Shown here piece after piece: positions 51,214-63,251 of a DNA stretch of 64,000 nt (positions are counted from its first letter, which is position 1; each line of letters opens with the position of its first letter). A program made the translations under genes and the position numbers. Source of the stretch: Chiloscyllium plagiosum (lineage: Eukaryota); the NCBI RefSeq assembly GCF_004010195.1, contig NC_057717.1:101931845-101995844 (forward strand), written 5' to 3'. The notes below the pieces were generated by a model. The model did not search any database, had not been told where the DNA came from, and saw only the letters and a list, made by a program, of their open reading frames with translations.

Positions 51214-54200
51214 TCAAAAACCTTTTTATTGAAAAATAGATTTTTAAAATATTACAACAATACAATTCGAAACAATACAAAGAAAGAACACCAAAAAAAA
51301 AATGGAAAAAACCCAAACGGCCCTCATGTACAAATGTATAATTATGTATAGAAATATATATATAACAACTCTAACTAACTATTTAACTAAATAAATATAG
51401 CCAACATAAATAATAAATAATAATAACTCAGCTCAGCCAAAGCAAACACTCACTCTCGAATGTCGAGAGTATTAGTTCTCACATGTTCATACATTTGCAG
51501 TTCCCCCTCTCTGGATATTGGGCTCGTAAAACACAATCGTTACAGCCATATAGAAGCCCTTGTTAGTGTGGCAGACAAATCTGTGCCCAGGTATTCCAAA
51601 AAGGGGCACCATGTCTTATAGAAATTCTCAGTCTTGTGTGTACTATACTTGTGAGAAAATCCAAGGAGATATGCTCCATAACAATCTTCTGTCAACCCAG
51701 CAGGCCCGGGGGATTTTCGGATACCCAACCTAACAAGATATTCTTTCTTGCGCAGAAAGTGTATAATGTTGAAAAGGTTTTTTCTAATGCGCATTTTCAG
51801 GGAACACACTGGGCAGGTCAAGAAGAGAGATCGGGTCCTTCTCCACCCTTACACCCAAACTCTCCGCTATTGTACCCGCCACAGCGTTCCAGTACGTTCC
51901 AGCCTACCACAGGACCCGAGACAATGGGTAAGAGTGCCCATACCAACCTTACACTTGGGACATGTTGAAAATATCCCTGATTTAAATTTTGACATATGAT
52001 CTGGAGCCAAGTGGACCCTGTGGAGAATCTTCAACTGTAAAGCATGGGTGCTATTGTAAATTGATATCTTTCTTGCGTTTTCCCAAGTATCTTTTTGAGA
52101 CCTCAATGCCTAGCTCTCTCTCCCCTGCAGAGTCGATTGAACTCATCTGAAGGGGCGCCCCCCCCCCCAATTGATTGTATGAAGTGCTGACAGAAAGTGT
52201 ACTTATCCCTGATTTAAATTTTGACAAATGATCTGGAGCCAAGTGGACCCTGTGGAGAATCTTCAACTGTAAAGCATGGGTGCTATTGTAAATTGATATC
52301 TTTCTTGCGTTTTCTTTTTGAGACCTCAATGCCTAGCTCTCTCTCCCCTGCAGAGTCGATTGAACTCATCTGAAGGGGCGCCCCCCTCCCCCCAATTGAT
52401 TGTATGAAGTGCTGACAGAAAGTGTACTCTTAGCACTGTGTGCCCTCCTCTCTATGTCGGATTTGTAGGGATCAGTCAAAAGTGTAGTCCTTTTTTTAAA
52501 ACCCCTAACTTGAAAAAAACGAAAGAAGGTCCCTGTTAGATAGATCATAACTGATTAAAGGACATCATTGTGTCTCCCCCAAATAAATCGCCCCTAGCTG
52601 TCCAATGTTTGAATCCTGAATCTATCATCCCCGGTTGAAAATCCGGCATACCCACCATAGGTGTAAGAGAAGATGTTTTGCCAATATTGCCATCCCTCTG
52701 CTGAATTGCCTCCATGCTTTAACAGTATTGATAACTATTGGGTTATGGCAATATTCCCTAACTGTCCTCATTTTGTCAAAAGACAGCAAGCAAGTAAAGG
52801 GGCACCCTGCCTGAGAGATTTCGATATCTAACCATATTGAAAGAGGGTCCCCACAAGCCTAATCACTCATGTAAGATAAAAGCGAGCTTAGTTGATAGTT
52901 TTTAATGTCTGGGTGATCCACTCCCCCCCCAATCTGTGAGACAATTGCAGTTTAGCTAATTTAATAAGGGGCCGTTTACGATGCTAAATAAGAGAGCTGA
53001 ACCAGCCGTTCAGTCTCCGGAATGTTTGCTTATCGAAAATCAGAGAGAGCTCCATATAGGGAACAACAAACGAGGGAGAACATTCACCTTAATAAATGCT
53101 TATCTGACCTAGCCGTGAGACCGGAAACACCTCCCATCTTTGATGGTCTTGTTTGCCTTGGGCCCACTGTAACGTTCTTAATATTAACCAACAAGTGCAC
53201 TGGAGCATGATCGGAGATGGTAATATTACCAATCGTACAAGATGCCACCAAGTCCAAGGTTGCCACAGGAGTCAGAAAAAATCAATCCTGGTGTGACATC
53301 TGCGCAGATTGGAAAAGAATGTAAAATCCCTGCCTGTAGGGTGGAGACACCTCCAGACGTTTACCAACTCTAACTCCACACACAGATCCACTAATTGTTT
53401 AGTTTGTACAGAGGGTATCGATGGGCCTTTGGGCAACTGTCTACTGTAGAATCCTTGAGACAGTTAAAATATCCCCCTATAATGATTTGCCGGGACTCCC
53501 GACTGAACAATTTAGAGAATGCATCTATCAGAAATTTGAGGGGATGGGCCAGAGGGCAATAAACATTTAAAACACCATATTCTTCCCCGTTTATCAGGGC
53601 TTTGAGAATCACAAGCCTCCCGTGTATGTCTTTAACACACTCTAGTAACTGAAATGGGAGATTCCTCCTAATCAATATAGCCACACCCCTAATTCTGGTA
53701 TTAAAAGGTGAAAAGTAAACCCGATCAAAGACATTCTGCTATAGTTTCAAATGCTCCCTATCATCCAAATGTGTCTCCTGTAACAAAGCAATATCCACCT
53801 TTTCCTTTCTAAGACTCAAAAGTACTTTCTTCCTTTTAATTGGTGAGTGACTCCCCTTGATGTTCCAGGTACACCATTTAATCAAGTCATTAGCCATAAC
53901 CTTCTACAGTAACATTTAAATTCCGGAGAGGAGGAACTCGAATTACAAATCACTGAGCCTTAGTATCGCAAATCCATCAAACATAAAAAAATACATAAAT
54001 TAAACCCACTACAGTTAACAAACCCCCAAAGCTATCAAAGACTATATAAAACAAAAAACAAACCAACATATAAAGTGCCAATGGCATTGAATAAGGGGCA
54101 ACTACCCATCCCAAAACTCAACTTCTCATCCTGCTGCCAATACTGCAGTCCAGGCATTTAAATACCTGAAACAGGCTACACTGCCCGGAGATAGGCATCT

Positions 54201-55478
54201 GGCCAGCCCAACCATTTTCCCTTCTCCGAGCTAGAGCTGCACTGCAAACACAAGCAGAAAAGAAAGAAAGTACACTATGGAAAAACAATGTGAATAAAGA
54301 AATTTTGAAAAAACTGAGTAAGTACCCCACCCATCTTTTGGTATAACATACCTTAGAAATTGAAAGTACACATCCCAACCGCCGCCAGATTATTATCAAC
54401 GATAAAGATAAGGAAAGAAATCCCCAACCTGACTTCCTCTTTTTTTTTAAAAGATAAAACAACGACATACCCAAACAGCACTACTATTTTTACATATTAA
54501 ATTGTTCAGATTACGTTAATTTGTCCACAAAGTCTCTTGCCTTCTCCGACGTGTCTAAGAGATGTATGGATCCATCTAAGGTGATCCAAAGTTCTGCCGG
54601 ATACCTCAGAGAGTACTGGATTCCGAGATCCCTCAGTCTTCTCTGGATCCCCGCTGCTGAGAAATCCTGGAAGAACATGATCTTAAAGCCCTCATAAACT
54701 AGGGCCTTAGGCTCCTTCCCATGGATTCTGGAAGCTTCCACGACTCCCTCTTTATCTCTGTGATGATGAAACCATACCAAGATAGGATGAGGACATTGAT
54801 CTGGACCTGACCTCTGCGCCGTGACCTGGTGAGCCCACTCGATTTTCAAGCCTCTCATTCCGGCCTCCAAGTTAAGGACTATCAGCAACCAGTCCTCAAT
54901 ATGTTCTGCTGACCACTCATCTTCTTTACCCTCCAGCAAACCGACGATCCGAATATTTTTTCTCCTGCCCCTGTTCTTGAGGTCATCAACTTGGTCAAGC
55001 AAATTATGGACCTGCGTCCCCAGGGCTTGGATCCTATCCTTGGAGGAACCAATATCAGCTTCAACCACTGTGACATTGTGTTCCACCTCATCTGTCCTTT
55101 TTTCCAGGTCTCCCAGATGCTGTTCCTGCTTCTACAGCATGGTAGAGATCAGGGCCAGCTTCTCCTCTATCTACTTACCCAACGTCTCGCGAGATTTCAC
55201 TAGCTCCTTCACCAGGGCCTGGTAAGTAATCAAGTTCGAGGATCCTGCAGGATGGGCCACAGGCCTGGCCTCAGATGCTCCTCCTCCATTCTTCAGCATC
55301 CCTGGATGGCGAAAACCAAGGAAAGCTGATTTTTAACAGTTTCCTGAGACTCCAGGACCTTTCCAGAGTCCCGGGATATCGCAGTGCTGTGGGTAGGGTG
55401 GGTTAAATGTTTGTCCCGCTTGCGCTGCAGTACGGAGCGCCGCAACATGATTATCCTAGATCGCCGCCATCTTGGAAT
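51214..55478 (-). mobile_element. LINE-1 with ORF1, endonuclease and C-terminus but internal RT deletion
   Basis: ORF1 DDLKNRGRRKNIRIVGL (54511-55086); ORF2 starts at ATG 53897 (WNIKG..LQETH..SDH); CPKC..H...C knuckle; AATAAA at 51223-51228; ~20-bp TSD at 51193-51212 and 55479-55498. Confidence 0.88.
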
Positions 55479-55499
55479 CCTCTCATTCTTGTTCTTTTT

Positions 55500-56415
55500 A
55501 AAAGTGGGAATGGGTTCTCATCAGCTGCTCTGTCCCAGCCCACTCATAATTTTGCAAATCTCAATCAGAACTTCTCAGCCTTCTTCTCTTCAAGGAGGAT
55601 AGTCCCAATGTCTTCAATCAGTCTTCATAACTGCAGATCCTCATCACTGGGACCATTCTTGTACACCACTTCTGTGCTTTCTGCAATGCATTTACATCTT
55701 TCTCATAATGTGGTGCTTAGACTGTATGCAGTACTCCAGCTGAGGTGTGTCAAGTATCTTGCTCAAGCTTAAAAGTCACACAACACCAGGTTATTGTCCA
55801 ACAGGTTTATTTGGAAGCACTAGCTTTCGGAGTGCTGCTCCTGATAACTATCTGATGAAAGAGCAGTGCTCCAAAAGTTAGTGCTTCCAAATAAACCTGT
55901 TGGACTATAACCAGGTGTTGTGTGATTTTTAACTTTGTCCAAACCAGTCCAACACCGGTGTCTCCAAATCTTGTACAAGCCCAACATCATCATCCTCCTC
56001 TTGTACTCAATGCCCCTATTAATAAAACTGGGGACACATTATTAACTGCTCTCTCCAGCTGCCCTGCCACCTTCACTGATCTGTGCACAAATACACCCAG
56101 GTCCCTCTGCTCCTGCAGCCCCTTTAGAATTCAACCCCAACTATTTCACATTATTTTTCAATGTTCTTCCAACCAAAGTGCATCACCTCACACTCGTCTG
56201 CATTGAATTTGATCTGCAACCTATCCACCCATCCATGTCCTTTTGTAGTTCCAAACTGTCCTCCTCAAGTTTGCTATTTCTCCAAGTTTCATATCATCTG
56301 AAAACTTTGAAATTGTCCCCTGCCCACCAAGATCCAAATCATTAATATATATCAGGAAAGCAAAGGTACCAATACCAAACTCTGGGGATGTCAATTACAA
56401 CCCTTCCCCCAGCCT
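55500..56415 (-). mobile_element. Degenerate CR1-type LINE (host of the L1 and of a family-2 element at about 55770-55967)
   Basis: CR1-like sequence continuing from 49960-50168 and 51181-51212. Confidence 0.65.
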
Positions 56416-56427
56416 GGGAGAAAGAAT

Positions 56428-56724
56428 AGATTAGATTCCCTACAGTATGGAAACAGGCCCTTCGGCCCAACAAGTTCATACCAACCCTCTGAAGAGTAAC
56501 ACACCCAGACCCATTTGCCTACCCTATATTTACCCCTGACTAATGCACCTATCACTATGAGCAATTTAGTATAGCCAATTCACCTGACCTGCACATCTTC
56601 GGATTGTGGGAAGGAACTCACGCAGACACGGGGAGAACGTGCAAACTCCACACAGGCAGCTGCCGGAGGCGGGGATCGAACCTGGGTCCCTGGCGCTGTG
56701 ACACAGCGGTGCTAACCACCGAGT
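56428..56724 (-). mobile_element. HE1-type SINE
   Basis: Match to other HE1 copies. Confidence 0.85.
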
Positions 56725-56727
56725 CAC

Positions 56728-56878
56728 TGAAAGTGAGGTCTGCAGATGCTGGAGATCAGAGTCAAAATGTGTGTTGCTCTTCTTCCTGATGAAGAGCTTA
56801 TGCTCGAAACGTCGACTCTCCTGTTCTGTGGATGCTGCCTGACCAGCTGCACTTTTCCAGCACCACACTTTTTGACCC
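56728..56878. mobile_element. Family-1 inverted element with hammerhead motif
   Basis: CTGATGA-A-GAGC-TTAT-GCTC-GAAA-CGTC at 56786-56813. Confidence 0.7.
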
Positions 56879-57147
56879 TTTGCCTCAGCCTGAAAAATAT
56901 CCATTGCCATTACTCTCTGTTCCCAATCACTCAGTCAATTTTGCTACTATCCCTTTTATACCATGACCAACAGGTTTCATCACAAGTCTGTTGTATGGAA
57001 CTTTATCAGACACCATCTGAAGGTCCATGCTCAACATCAACAGCATTACCTTCATTGTTATCACATAGTCTGCCATTACACACTTTCTATTGTTAGCCAC
57101 TAACAGTCTCCATTAACAGCTATTCACCCTCCAAGTCAGATCGTTAT

Positions 57148-57433
57148 GAGATTACTTACAGTGTGGAAACAGGCCCTTCGGCCCAACAAGTCCATACAGA
57201 CCCTCCAAAGAGCAACCCACCCAGATCCATTCCCCTACATTTACCCCTTCACGTAACACAACGGGCAATTTAGCATGGCCAATTCACCTAACCTGCACAT
57301 TTTTGGACTGTGGGAGGAAACCCACGCAGACACGGGGAGAATGTGCAAACTCCACACAGACAGTTGCCTGAGGTGGGAATTGAACCCAGGTCTCTGGCGC
57401 TGTGAGGCAGCAGTGCTAACCACTGAGTCACCG
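57148..57433 (-). mobile_element. HE1-type SINE
   Basis: Match to other HE1 copies. Confidence 0.85.
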
Positions 57434-58008
57434 TTATCCAATCCTTTGTCTGTCCAACTGTTCTTCTCTGTCTTTGGGCTCTATCCCCACGTCTCATTTC
57501 CTCCTTACCCCCTCCCTCTACCCTACCTTCTGCGTATAAGTCAACATTTTCCTTGCTACCATCACCACAGAGGAAGGGTCACTTGACCTGAAATTCTGAT
57601 TTCTCTCCACAGATGCTGCCAAAGTTTCTGACCTTTTCCAGCAACTTCTGTTTTTTTTTCTGACTTACAGCATCCGCAAGTCTTTTGGCCTTTGCAAACT
57701 AGACAAGGCTGTGGGAGGGTTGGACAGAATGTAAGAGAAATGGGTTTTTATGCGATGTTGGAGGTGGTGAGTGGTCTGCGAATTGTTTCCCAGGGTATCC
57801 CCTGCTGGTCAAGGTAGAAAAGCTAGAAGTCTTTGTCTTGTCTCACTGTACTTAATGAAGCACCCACAATGGTATTTGAAGCAATCTGTCAATTCTGAAT
57901 CCTGATGACAACAAACTGGAATGGCACAGCATGATGGGTAAAGCTCTGGATCTACCTTAACCTTTCGAAAATTACAGAATTCTACTAATTTAAAGTTGTT
58001 TAAGCTGA

Positions 58009-58352
58009 GGGGCAGCATGGTGGCTCAATGGTTAGCACTGCTGCCTCACAGCACCAGGGACCCGGGTTCGATTCCCACCTCGGGTGACTGTCTGTGTGGA
58101 GTTTGCACATTCTCCCTGTGTCTGCGTGGGTCCCCGCTGGGTGCTCCGGTTTCCTCCCACAATCCAAAGATGTGCAGGTCAGGTGAATTGGCCATGGGAA
58201 ATTGCTCATAGTGTTCAGGCATGTGTAGGTTATTTGCATTAGTCTGGGGTAAATGTAGAGTAGTAGGGGAATGGGTCTGGGAAGGTTACTCTTTGGAGGG
58301 TCGGTGTGGAATTGTTGGACTGGAGGGCCTGTTTCCACACTGTAGGGATTCT
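58009..58352 (+). mobile_element. HE1-type SINE
   Basis: Match to other HE1 copies. Confidence 0.85.
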
Positions 58353-60107
58353 GTGATGGAACTGGATATAATGTCAATCAGCTCACAGGTGGAATGTGTA
58401 GTTCATTACTGCTGAAGTACTGGGTGCAGTTCTGGTCACCACACTAAAGGAAAGGTGTGATTTCACTAGAGAGGGTGCAATGGATGTTCCCTGGGCTGGA
58501 ACTATTCAGCTATGATCAGAAGCTAGATAGGCTGGGGTTGTCTTCCTTAGAACAGGGAATGCTGAGGGGGCAACCTACCTGCAATGTACAAACTTCTGTG
58601 GGCTATAGACAGGGTGGTTTGGGAGAAACCTTTCCCCTCATTACCAGGGGCACCAGGTAGGAAGTAGGAGGGTGAGAGGGGATTTGAGAAAAAAAAACAT
58701 TTTCACTCTGAAGGTGGTGGATATTTGTAACTTACTGCTAAAAAAATGTTGGTGGAGGAGGCAACCTTCAAGATATTTAAAAAGTATTGAGATAAACACT
58801 TGAAATGCAATACTATGCAAGGATACTGACTATGCTGGAAAATGTCATCAAAAAAGATAGATGTTTGATTAGCAGATGGGCTGAAGGAACTGTGTTGTTA
58901 AAAGGTTTGTGAATATCACGTGCAGCAGGTCCTCTTTCTTTCGTAATCTGTTAGACCAGACTCAACTTGTCTTCATCACCGCCCAACTTCCTTTCACATA
59001 TTAAGTCAGAAGTCACATGACACCAGGTTATGGTTCACTTGAAGTCAGAAGCGTTTGGAGTACTGCTTCTTCATCAACTGAAGTGTCTTGTCCAGCCCAG
59101 TCCAACACGGGCAGCTCCACCTCAGAGCTACCATTGGCACTGCATATTAAGTGGCACTGAAATCAGAAGCTCCAATAATTATACAGTGTGCCGTTGCCAA
59201 GGTGACTTACTGTTCCCTGCTTTTTCCTTCCCCATATGATTGATCCGAATATGGCTTGCCCATTCCTGACCCTCACCCTGGATGAACAGTTTCCCAGAAG
59301 GAGGAGAATTGTCACAATTAGAAGTATTGCTGAATGCTGTATTTTAGACCTGCACCAGTTAGTCAATTGATAAATCTAGCATTTGAACAGAAGCTCCCAT
59401 GGCTCTGCTTTGTAAAAATTCCTCTTAATTATGCCTGAAACCAATGACCTTTTAATATTTAAGGGGGGAACATTCCTACAGTGTTTATATTGGAAGCAGC
59501 TGCTGATGAATTGCAAGGTCATTTTATCTCGTTCATGACAAGATAAACATGTTCTGTTGCGTATTTTTGATATAGTTTGTTTTATCAAACAGGATAGAGT
59601 TTATGATTTCATTCACTGTTTGCATACATTGTAGTAATGACTTACTGTTCATAAGACTGAGAACATTTCATAAGTTGTATTTAATTTCAAAGTTTATTGT
59701 TTTTTTGTCATTATGCTTCTTAATAAATGTCCTTTATAATAAGTCTTTGTTTTACTGTAACAGCAGATCTGGCTTTTGTACCAAGTAATGCCCACTCACC
59801 AACACTGTCCCTCTCCCCTCACCTACCTTAGTTAATGGATTACTGTTGGGGAATTACACATCATCCTATTCCTTTGGTTTCAAAATTAGTTGGACATTGT
59901 ATTTTAACTTGCTTCATTCTGTTGCATTTGTACATTGTAGTCCATTAGATATTAGGCCTCAACCTTAGTTTGTGTCTTTTGTATCTTGCCCAGCTAAGTG
60001 TCAACATTTGTTAACAATTTTGTGAACAACTTTCATCAACGTGTTTTGTCACACCTCAAATAATTCAATGAGGCTTGTGAGGCATGACCTGCCCCTCACA
60101 AAGCTAT

Positions 60108-61520
60108 GCCGACTCCACTGGAGTAGTACCAGATGATTGGAGGGTGGCAAATGCTATTTCCATGTTCAAGAAAGGGAATAAGGATAATCCTGAGAATTAC
60201 AGATCAGTCAGTCTTGCATTGATAAGGCTGGGCAAATTATTGGAGAGAATTATGAGAGACAGGATTTATGATTATTTGGAAAAGCAAAGTTTGATTAGAG
60301 ACAGCCAGCATGGCTTTGTGAGGGGCAGGCTTCACTAGCCTTATTGATTTTTTTGAAGATGTGACAAAACACATTGATGAGGTAGAGCAGTGGATGCCAT
60401 GTACGTGGATCTTAGCAAGGCGTTTGAAAAGATTCCCCATGGTAGGCTCATTTGGTCAGTAAGGAGGCATAGGATACAGTGAAATCTGTCTGTCTAGATA
60501 CAGAATTGGCTGACCCATGGAAGACAGAGTAGATGGAAAGTATTCAGCCTGAAGCTTGTTGGCCAGTGGTCTCTGCAGGGAGCTCATCTGAGACCTCTTC
60601 TCTTTCTGATTTTCATAAATGACGTGGATGAGGAAGCGGAAGGGCAGGTTAGTAAGTTTACAGATGACATGAAGTTTGGTGGAGTTGTGGATAGTGTGGA
60701 GGGCTGTTGTAGGTTGCAACAGGACATTGACAGGATGCAGATCTAGGCTGAGAAATGGCAGATGGATTCAACCTGGAAAAGTGTGAAGTGATTCGTTTTG
60801 GAAGGTTGAATTTGAATGCAGAATACAGGGTTCAAGGCAGGATTCTTGGAAGTGTGGAGGAATGGAGGGATCTAGGGGTCCATATTGATAGGTCCCTCAA
60901 AGTTGCCACCCAAGTTGATAGGGTTGTTAAGAAGGCGTATGGCGCGTTGGCTTTCATTAGCAGACGGATTGAGTTTAAGAGTCGCAAGGTTATGCTGTAG
61001 TTCTATAAAGCCTTGGTTAGGCCACACTGGGAATATTGTGTTCAGTTCTGATCATTTCATCATAGGAAGGATGTGGAAGCTTTCGAGAGGGTCCAGGATG
61101 CTGCCTGGACTGGAGGGCATGTCTTAAGAAGAAAGGTTGAGGGACCTAGGGTTTTTTTCATTGGAGTGAAGAAGGATGAGAGGTGACTTGATAGAGGTGT
61201 ACAAGATGTTGAGAGGCATAAATAGAGTGGATAGCCAGAGACTTTTTCCCAGGGTGGAAATGGCTATCATGAGTGGATATAATTTTAAGGTGATTGGAGG
61301 AAGGTTCAGGGGAGATATCAGAGGTAGGTTCTTTACACACAGAGTGTTGAGTGTGTGGAATGCACTGGCAGCGATGGAAGTAGAGTCAGATGTGTTAGGG
61401 ACATTTAAGCGACTCTTGGATAGGCACATGGGTGATAGTAAAATGGAGGGTGTGTGGGTTTGTTTGATCTTAGAGTAGGATAAAAGCTGGAGGGCCGAAA
61501 GACCTGTACTGTTCTATGTT
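60108..61520 (+). mobile_element. CR1-type LINE (RT and 3' end, frameshifted)
   Basis: TGVVPDDWRVANAISMFKKG..QHGFVRGR; RGDLIEVYK. Confidence 0.9.
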
Positions 61521-61755
61521 ATAAAAGCAAAATATTGCTGAAGCTGGAAACCTGAAACAAAGACAGAAAGGGTTGGAGAATCTCAACAGGCTGGCAGCAT
61601 TTGTGGTGAGTGAAAAACAGAGTTAACATTTCAAATCTGATATGACTCTTCTTCAGCTGTGAAAGAGGCTGAAAAATGGTGGATTTTCTGCTAGTGACAC
61701 AGGAGAGGAGGAGAAAGTGTCCACAGATAAAGACAAAAGGAGTGCTAAAGGCAAG

Positions 61756-62049
61756 GGGTGGCACGGTGGCTCAGTGGTTAGCACTGCTGCCTCACAGCGC
61801 CAGGGACCTGGGTTCACTTCCAGCTTTGGGTGGCTGTCTGTGTGGAGTTTGCACATTCTCCCTGTGACTGTGTGGGTTTCCTCTGGGTTCCTCCCACAAT
61901 CCAAAGATGTGCAGGTCAGGTGAATTGCCAATAGTGTTCAGGGATGTGTAGGTTCAATGTATTAGTCAGGGGAAACATAGAGTAACAGGAAAATCTGGGT
62001 TGGATATTGTTGGGTTGAATGGTCTGCTTCCACACTGTAGGGATTCTAA
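61756..62049 (+). mobile_element. HE1-type SINE
   Basis: Match to other HE1 copies. Confidence 0.82.
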
Positions 62050-63124
62050 TGGTGGTGAAGGAGAAGTGGAGATTTAAAATAGGTGTTAATATCTTGATTT
62101 CTTAACCAATGAGATCTGATCTTCAAAGAAATAAAGGTCATGAGCAAATCTTGTGATATTGTTTTGCCTACCTTTTCAAGAGTTGAACAGAAAATCTAAG
62201 GCTGCACATTTAAGAATTTGCCATGGTAAATTTTTAATTCAATTTTTATCCTGTCATTTTGAACTAATCAGTTGGATAATGTTTTACTTTGGTTTGATTG
62301 AGATCCTGAGCACTATTTTTGTGACTGCATCGAACTCCAGCTCAGCATGTGTTCCTCCAATATTTCCCAATTTTGTGCAGGCATCAATTGGAGGTTCACT
62401 TGGTGCCTTCACTAATTATTGTCATCATCTTTGAACAAGACAATATACAGAGAGTAGATCTTGCATCCCAATCTAAAGCTGTTTTTTTTTTAATACCTCA
62501 ATTTTTGAATTGCCCTTCTGTACAAATTACAGGCTACGATCGGGTCCTGACGAGGGGCTACATTCGAAATGTTGACTTCTCCACCTCTTGACCTGGCCTG
62601 CTGTGTTCTTCCAGCCTCCTGCCTGTCTATCAGGAACATTAGGCTTCAAACACGAGGTGAGTGTAGGTCACACAGCCACAATGACAAATCCAAACTTCAC
62701 CCATGATAGGTCTGCGATGAACTATGTGGAATAGCTGTTGTTACTGCTCATGTCACCGTTTACTTTATATCTTGTGAAGAGCTACAATCGCACCAACATG
62801 AGAATTGAGGCATGTTAAAACCATAACTGTGCTTCTGGGCCTCTTACCTAGCGAGAATGCAAATCTTGTCTGATTTTTTTTTAACATATTTTCCCTCCAC
62901 CTGTTAAAGCAGATTGTGTCCAATTAAACTCACTCATGACATCAGTACAGGTTGCAGTAGAGTAGGGCTGGTTCAATTCAGCTGTTCCGACTGAGACACT
63001 GAAGTTTTAAAAGCAATCCAGTGAGTTGTCTGTACTTTTTTTGCATTTGAATTTGTCATAGTTTGTGTTGCATGTCAATTTGCCTCATACCTGATACAAA
63101 ATATGAATCTGGCCTGTCGGGACA

Positions 63125-63251
63125 GAGAAAGTGAGGACTGCAGATGCTGGAGCTCAGAGTCAAAGAGTGTTGTGCTGGAAAAGCACAGCCGGTCAGGCAG
63201 CATCTGAGGAGCAGGAGAATTGACGCTTTGGGCATAAGCTCTTCATCAGGA
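63125..63251 (-). mobile_element. Family-1 monomer
   Basis: gagaaagtgaggactgcagatgctgg...gcataagctcttcatcagg; degenerate hammerhead on the minus strand. Confidence 0.7.
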
